This document shows positions 6,702-10,574 of a DNA stretch of 10,574 nt, piece by piece. The position numbers were made by a program, and so were the translations under genes. The DNA lies in the NCBI GenBank assembly GCA_041484665.1, contig JBGPIA010000038.1:1-10574 (forward strand), read 5' to 3'. The stretch comes from Candidatus Krumholzibacteriia bacterium (GTDB taxonomy: Bacteria > Krumholzibacteriota > Krumholzibacteriia > JAJRXK01). The notes under the pieces were generated by a model. It saw nothing but the letters and a program-made list of their open reading frames with translations. It was not told the DNA's origin and made no database searches. Position 1 is the first letter of the stretch; the number at the start of each line of letters is the position of its first letter.

Positions 6702-8986
6702 CGCTCGCCACCCCCGAACGCACGCAAACCCACTCCACGCCAAGCCTTACGCCCCGACGGCAGGCGCGCGTCGTTATTGTGGCCGCGCTCCTTGAGCCGT
6801 TGGCCGAACCATTTCTGGCTGGCGGGCTTCTCGCCGGCGCGCTCGGACCACTCCCTGTAGGCCGAGTACAGCTCGCCCGCCGGGGCGGTCTGGCCGGGTC
6901 CTTCGACGCAGCATTCCGCGATGAAGTCGGCGAGGCGGTCCTGCTCGGCGCGGTAATCTGCCGTCGCTGCCAGCACCTCCGGCGGATCTCGTAGGCTGCC
7001 GTCCTCGAGCCACTGCTGGCAGCCCTCGACCGCCCACGCGAGGATTCCGGGCAGCTCCTCGAGCAGCTTTGTCCCCAGCTCGCGGTCTTGCTGATCCGCA
7101 GGGATCGTCACGCTGAACGGCACGAGCCGGACCCTCCGCCAGATGGCGGGGTCGGTGCCCCGGATCGTGGGCCGATGGTTCGTGGCCAGAACGACCTTGA
7201 ACGCCGGCTTGAACGTGAAGAACTCCTGGAACAGGAACCGCACCGTGAGCGCGTCCTCACCCGTGAGCTGCTTGACCAGGCCCTCCGCGAGCCGCTGGCC
7301 GTCCTCGGACTCGATCGCGGAGACGAATCGTGCGCCGCGCAGCTTGGCGAGGTCGTTGGTCCCGGCCTGGTCCCGCCTGGCCATGAACGTCGTCGCCGGC
7401 GTTTGCTCAGCGTAGTCACCCGAGAGCGCCCTCATCGTGTTCACGAGGACGCTCTTCCCGTTCGCGCCGGTGCCGTGGAGGATCCAGAAGCACTGCTCGC
7501 TGGTCCGCCCGGTGAGGCAGTAGCCGAGCACGCGCTGCAGGTAGGCCACGAGCGCCTGCTTGCCTGCCATGATCTCGCCGAGGAACGCGAGCCAGCGTGG
7601 GCACTGCGCGTCGGGGTCGTAGGACACAGGCACGAGCTTGGTGATGAGGTCCTCGCGCCGGCGTTCGCGAAGCTCTGCGGTCCTCAGGTCGAGTGTCCCG
7701 TTCTCCACGTTCAGAAGCCACGGATCCGCGTCGAGATTCTCTGGCAGCACCGCGACGCCCGCTTCGCTCTGAGCGGATTCGATCATGGCCTTCAGTCGCT
7801 GGACGCTCTCGGACCTGCCCGCCCAGGAGGCCAGGGCCTTGCGAGCCTCCTCGTTGGGCGCCTGGGCCGCCTCGGCGTAGATCGACGCGACGGTGTCCTT
7901 GGCGCGACGCATCACCTCGCCGGTCTTGTCCTCGGTCCAGCGCGAGCCATCCCACACCAGCCAGGTCTTCCATGGGTGGGAGAAGCGGAGATCGCGACCG
8001 TGCCGGGCGACCAGTCGTGCACCATTGCCCACATCGGTGGTGTGGTGAGGGGTCAGCACGGCGCCGATCGGCGGCTTCGAGCCATTGCCAGAGGGGATTG
8101 CGGGCCCGCGTGGATGCTCCGTGCCCGCGCGCCAACCGCTGTCGATGGTGAGTCGGATCTCGTCCGCCGTGCAGTCGTCGTCGATCCAGGGGGTGGCAGC
8201 CTGCACCAGTGCCGCCTGGGCCGCACCGAGGTCCAGTTCACCAGCAGCCGCGAGCTGGGCGATGGCGAACGCCGAGCGATTGAGCTGATCGTTGCGCTGG
8301 CCCTTGGCCACGCTGCGGAGGGAGCGGAGCTCGTCTTCCAGTGCCGCAACCCCGTACGCAGTCCCGCGACCATCGACCGGTGGACTGGCGGGCGAGTTGC
8401 GCCGAGCAATCGCCTCGAGGATCCAGGCAGGCAGCGGCGCCATGTCCATCTCGGCAGGCGAGCGGCCCGGCGCCCAACGGTAGATTCGCTTGGTCTTCGG
8501 ATGGATTGACCCGACGAACACCACTTGCCCGCCATCGCCGCGGACATCGATGCTCGGTCCGAGTTTCTTGACCGAGTTTGGGATCGCGGCGCCCGCCGGC
8601 ATCCGGTAGTACAGGTGGAGGCCACCGCCGCCCGTCTCGACCGCCACGGTCTCCGGGAATCGCTCGTCTGGTCGTGCGTCTCCATCGAAGTCGATCACCA
8701 CGACTCCCGAGCGCGCGCCCGTCAGGAGGCCGATGTTCCCCGCGCGCGCCCAGGCGAGTACCTCCTCCAGCGTGACCTTGGGACCGTTCGGCCACCCCTT
8801 GAGCGTCGGCGCCTTGCCGTTCAGTGGCGTGAACGCCCAGCCTCGCGTGATGCCCCCGCGGACCTCCTCCACGCGCAGGGCGACCGGATCCTCGGCCCGC
8901 CCTGGGAAGCCGCCCGGGCTCGCCTCGCCTGCCACCGTGCCGCTTTCAACGAGCACGTCCCTGGCCCCCTCGATGGTCTCGGCCAT
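6698..8986 (-). CDS. Bifunctional primase-polymerase (Prim-Pol) fused to a D5/P4-family SF3 helicase (762 aa)
   Basis: Prim-Pol motifs NIGLLTG...VVVIDFD, TGGGGLHLYY and IDVRGDGGQV; PriCT-like GQRNDQLN; D5_N TDVGNG...WLVWDGSRW; Walker A GTGANGKS; SF3 motifs KQLTGED, ATNHRP and AIWRR. Start moved from 9757 to ATG 8986 (MAETIE, TGAGG RBS) because the extension overlaps two other genes. Confidence 0.92.
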   Translation of the reverse strand: MAETIEGARDVLVESGTVAGEASPGGFPGRAEDPVALRVEEVRGGITRGWAFTPLNGKAPTLKGWPNGPKVTLEEVLAWARAGNIGLLTGARSGVVVIDFDGDARPDERFPETVAVETGGGGLHLYYRMPAGAAIPNSVKKLGPSIDVRGDGGQVVFVGSIHPKTKRIYRWAPGRSPAEMDMAPLPAWILEAIARRNSPASPPVDGRGTAYGVAALEDELRSLRSVAKGQRNDQLNRSAFAIAQLAAAGELDLGAAQAALVQAATPWIDDDCTADEIRLTIDSGWRAGTEHPRGPAIPSGNGSKPPIGAVLTPHHTTDVGNGARLVARHGRDLRFSHPWKTWLVWDGSRWTEDKTGEVMRRAKDTVASIYAEAAQAPNEEARKALASWAGRSESVQRLKAMIESAQSEAGVAVLPENLDADPWLLNVENGTLDLRTAELRERRREDLITKLVPVSYDPDAQCPRWLAFLGEIMAGKQALVAYLQRVLGYCLTGRTSEQCFWILHGTGANGKSVLVNTMRALSGDYAEQTPATTFMARRDQAGTNDLAKLRGARFVSAIESEDGQRLAEGLVKQLTGEDALTVRFLFQEFFTFKPAFKVVLATNHRPTIRGTDPAIWRRVRLVPFSVTIPADQQDRELGTKLLEELPGILAWAVEGCQQWLEDGSLRDPPEVLAATADYRAEQDRLADFIAECCVEGPGQTAPAGELYSAYREWSERAGEKPASQKWFGQRLKERGHNNDARLPSGRKAWRGVGLRAFGGGER

Positions 8987-8994
8987 GGCCTGCC

Positions 8995-9504
8995 TCACTG
9001 CTCGCCGACCTGGGACGCCCGCCCTGGCACGATGCGGTAGCGGTGGTACTTCTCCAGCAGGCGCAGGGTGATCGCGTTGCCACACTCCCGGCTGCCCGCG
9101 AAGAAGACGTGGACGTTGTACTTGATCGACCACGCGAGCAGCGTGTTGACCGCAGCGCGCGGGTTCAGACACGAGTGGAAGGGGGCCACTAGGAACTCGC
9201 CCAGGCTGACCTCCAGGACCACGGCGGCGTAGTCCAGCTCGGCGAGCCGCCCCATCTCCCGCTCGAACCGCGGTCGATCGCGCCCCAGCGAGCTGTAGGC
9301 ATCCGTTTTCGTCTTGCGCTCGATGGCCACCCAGTTCTCGTATCCCACCAGCGAGTAATCGCCGGACTGCAGCGTCTGCACCACGGAGCGTGGAAATCGG
9401 TAGGGCAGCTGCTCGCGCGTATCGATCACGACCACGAGGTCGGTCGCGGAGATAGGGCGCCCTGGGGACGCCCTCACATGCGCGGATGCAGTCGAGACGC
9501 TCAC
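8995..9504 (-). CDS. Stand-alone ERCC4 (XPF/Mus81/Hef-type) nuclease-domain protein (169 aa)
   Basis: VVIDTREQ, LQSGDYSL and AIERKTKTD match the ERCC4 signature DxRE...GDY...ERKxxxD. It fits between its neighbours with 8-nt gaps. The GTG start is uncertain. Confidence 0.88.
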   Translation of the reverse strand: MSVSTASAHVRASPGRPISATDLVVVIDTREQLPYRFPRSVVQTLQSGDYSLVGYENWVAIERKTKTDAYSSLGRDRPRFEREMGRLAELDYAAVVLEVSLGEFLVAPFHSCLNPRAAVNTLLAWSIKYNVHVFFAGSRECGNAITLRLLEKYHRYRIVPGRASQVGEQ

Positions 9505-9512
9505 AAGCGGGC

Positions 9513-10103
9513 TCAGAACGGAAGATCTCGATCGTCGTCGGCCTGGGGCACGGCGGTGGGCGGTGCGGTGCGTGCCTCGGCGACGTGATCCCGAGCGCCC
9601 CCCTGGCCAGCGGGGGACGGCTGCTCCTCCGCGGCCTCGGCGTAGAGCGCCGCCAGGTCGTGGAACTCCAGCGCCTGGAAGGCCATCTGCTGCTCAGCCG
9701 TGAGTTGGTGCTCGGGCAGAATGCTGTAGGTGGTCTTGGGATCCTTCGCAGCGCCATGCCGCTGGACTTCGAACGCCCGACCCCCGAGGCCGTACTTCTC
9801 GCGGATGCGGAGCAGGTCCTTCAGGAACGTCACGCCCTGCTCGAGCACCTTCACCTCCCGGCTGTCGTACAACGCGACGTTGAAGGCGACGCGCAACGTC
9901 GGCTTCAGCCCCTGGGCACGGTGCCCTTCTTGGAACGCCGTGTACTTGTTGTTCAGGAAGACGGCCTCGCGGGTGTGCGGGTCGCCCAGGAAGACCACGA
10001 CAGCAGTGTCTCCGTCGTTGGCCAGCTTGAGCCACATACTCGTCGTCTGATCGTGCCTGCGGGCCATCTGCTCGGCCCGCTTCCATGGGTCGTTGGCTAT
10101 CAT
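9513..10103 (-). CDS. Putative phage single-stranded DNA-binding protein (196 aa)
   Basis: Beta-rich core (WLKLANDGDTAVVVFLG, RVAFNV, FEVQRHG...TTYSILP), a flexible linker and an acidic DDDRDLPF end. RBS AAGGAG. Sits in the replication module. Confidence 0.65.
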   Translation of the reverse strand: MIANDPWKRAEQMARRHDQTTSMWLKLANDGDTAVVVFLGDPHTREAVFLNNKYTAFQEGHRAQGLKPTLRVAFNVALYDSREVKVLEQGVTFLKDLLRIREKYGLGGRAFEVQRHGAAKDPKTTYSILPEHQLTAEQQMAFQALEFHDLAALYAEAAEEQPSPAGQGGARDHVAEARTAPPTAVPQADDDRDLPF

Positions 10104-10199
10104 TGATTTCTCTCCTTCTTCGTTGCCGCAGTCACCCTGTGACCGGGCATGTGCGAATTGATCCTGCCCGTGGTTCGCCGGTCGGCACCAAGGCGGGCA

Positions 10200-10469
10200 T
10201 CACGCAGCGTCCTCGCGGATCCGCTTCAGGAAGTCCTCGATCGCGGGATGAGGTCGCGGCATACCGGGCTTCGGGGCGTCCTCGCCAATGGTTGGCGAAG
10301 TCTCCTCATCGACCCGGCCCAGCGTCCGCCGGCGGATCACGTCGAGGCTGCGGACCAGGCTCCAGACCAGCTCGTCGTCCACAGCGTGGGTGGCGACCAG
10401 GCCGCCGAGAACCAGGGCCTCCTCCTCGAACACTTCCGAAACCAGCGTCCGAACTTCCGGCGTGCGCAT
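10200..10469 (-). CDS. Hypothetical protein (89 aa)
   Basis: Strong RBS AGGAGGT before the ATG, helical protein-like composition, co-oriented with the operon. Confidence 0.7.
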   Translation of the reverse strand: MRTPEVRTLVSEVFEEEALVLGGLVATHAVDDELVWSLVRSLDVIRRRTLGRVDEETSPTIGEDAPKPGMPRPHPAIEDFLKRIREDAA

Positions 10470-10574
10470 GGCCGGCTACCTCCTGTCGTTGGACTCGCGT
10501 CCGCTGATGGGGAAAGGGGGGTCTGCCCAGTGGTCGGGGACACGAAATCTCAACTTTCTTGCAACCTGTTGTCC

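Larger units (their letters stand above)
2161..10574 (-). mobile_element. Prophage/satellite-like element segment (replication, modification and packaging modules); boundaries not visible
   Basis: Co-oriented, overlapping or closely spaced phage-type genes: SSB, ERCC4 nuclease, primase-helicase, methyltransferase, ParB, TerS-like and TerL. Confidence 0.85.

Noticed and set aside
5437..9504. Restriction-modification pair (MTase plus ERCC4 nuclease)
   Set aside because: The genes are separated by the primase, and ERCC4 enzymes are structure-specific rather than sequence-specific.
8987..9757. N-terminal 257 aa of the 1019-aa ORF (and a possible ERCC4-primase frameshift fusion)
   Set aside because: The extension is low-complexity R/P/A-rich and overlaps the ERCC4 and SSB genes in another frame. 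A good RBS and ATG exist at 8986, and no convincing slippery site was seen.
263..10507. Numerous plus-strand and alternative-frame ORFs (e.g. 1954-2931, 3531-4319, 5477-6598, 7088-8509, 9486-10106)
   Set aside because: Shadow ORFs of high-GC coding sequence. They overlap well-supported genes and show no motifs.
10470..10574. Sigma70 promoter from minus-strand TTGCAA near the window end
   Set aside because: No acceptable -10 hexamer at 16-18 nt spacing.

Overview
GC-rich window that is almost entirely one minus-strand, tightly coupled gene run of a prophage- or satellite-like integrative element. In transcription order (right to left) it holds an 89-aa hypothetical, a putative phage ssDNA-binding protein (acidic DDRDLPF tail), a stand-alone ERCC4/XPF-type nuclease, a Prim-Pol + D5/P4-type SF3 primase-helicase, an iteron-like candidate origin, a Dam-like N6-adenine methyltransferase, a ParB/Srx-domain protein, a 395-bp structured spacer (candidate cos/pac region), a Cys-rich putative small terminase and an intact-looking large terminase. 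Where a portal gene normally follows there is instead a ~600-aa DUF4209-like HEPN protein (RNEICH motif), then the right end of a convergent IS66-family element at the window start. No portal, capsid, tail, integrase, RNA gene or CRISPR array is visible. All calls are from motif recognition by eye; no searches were run.
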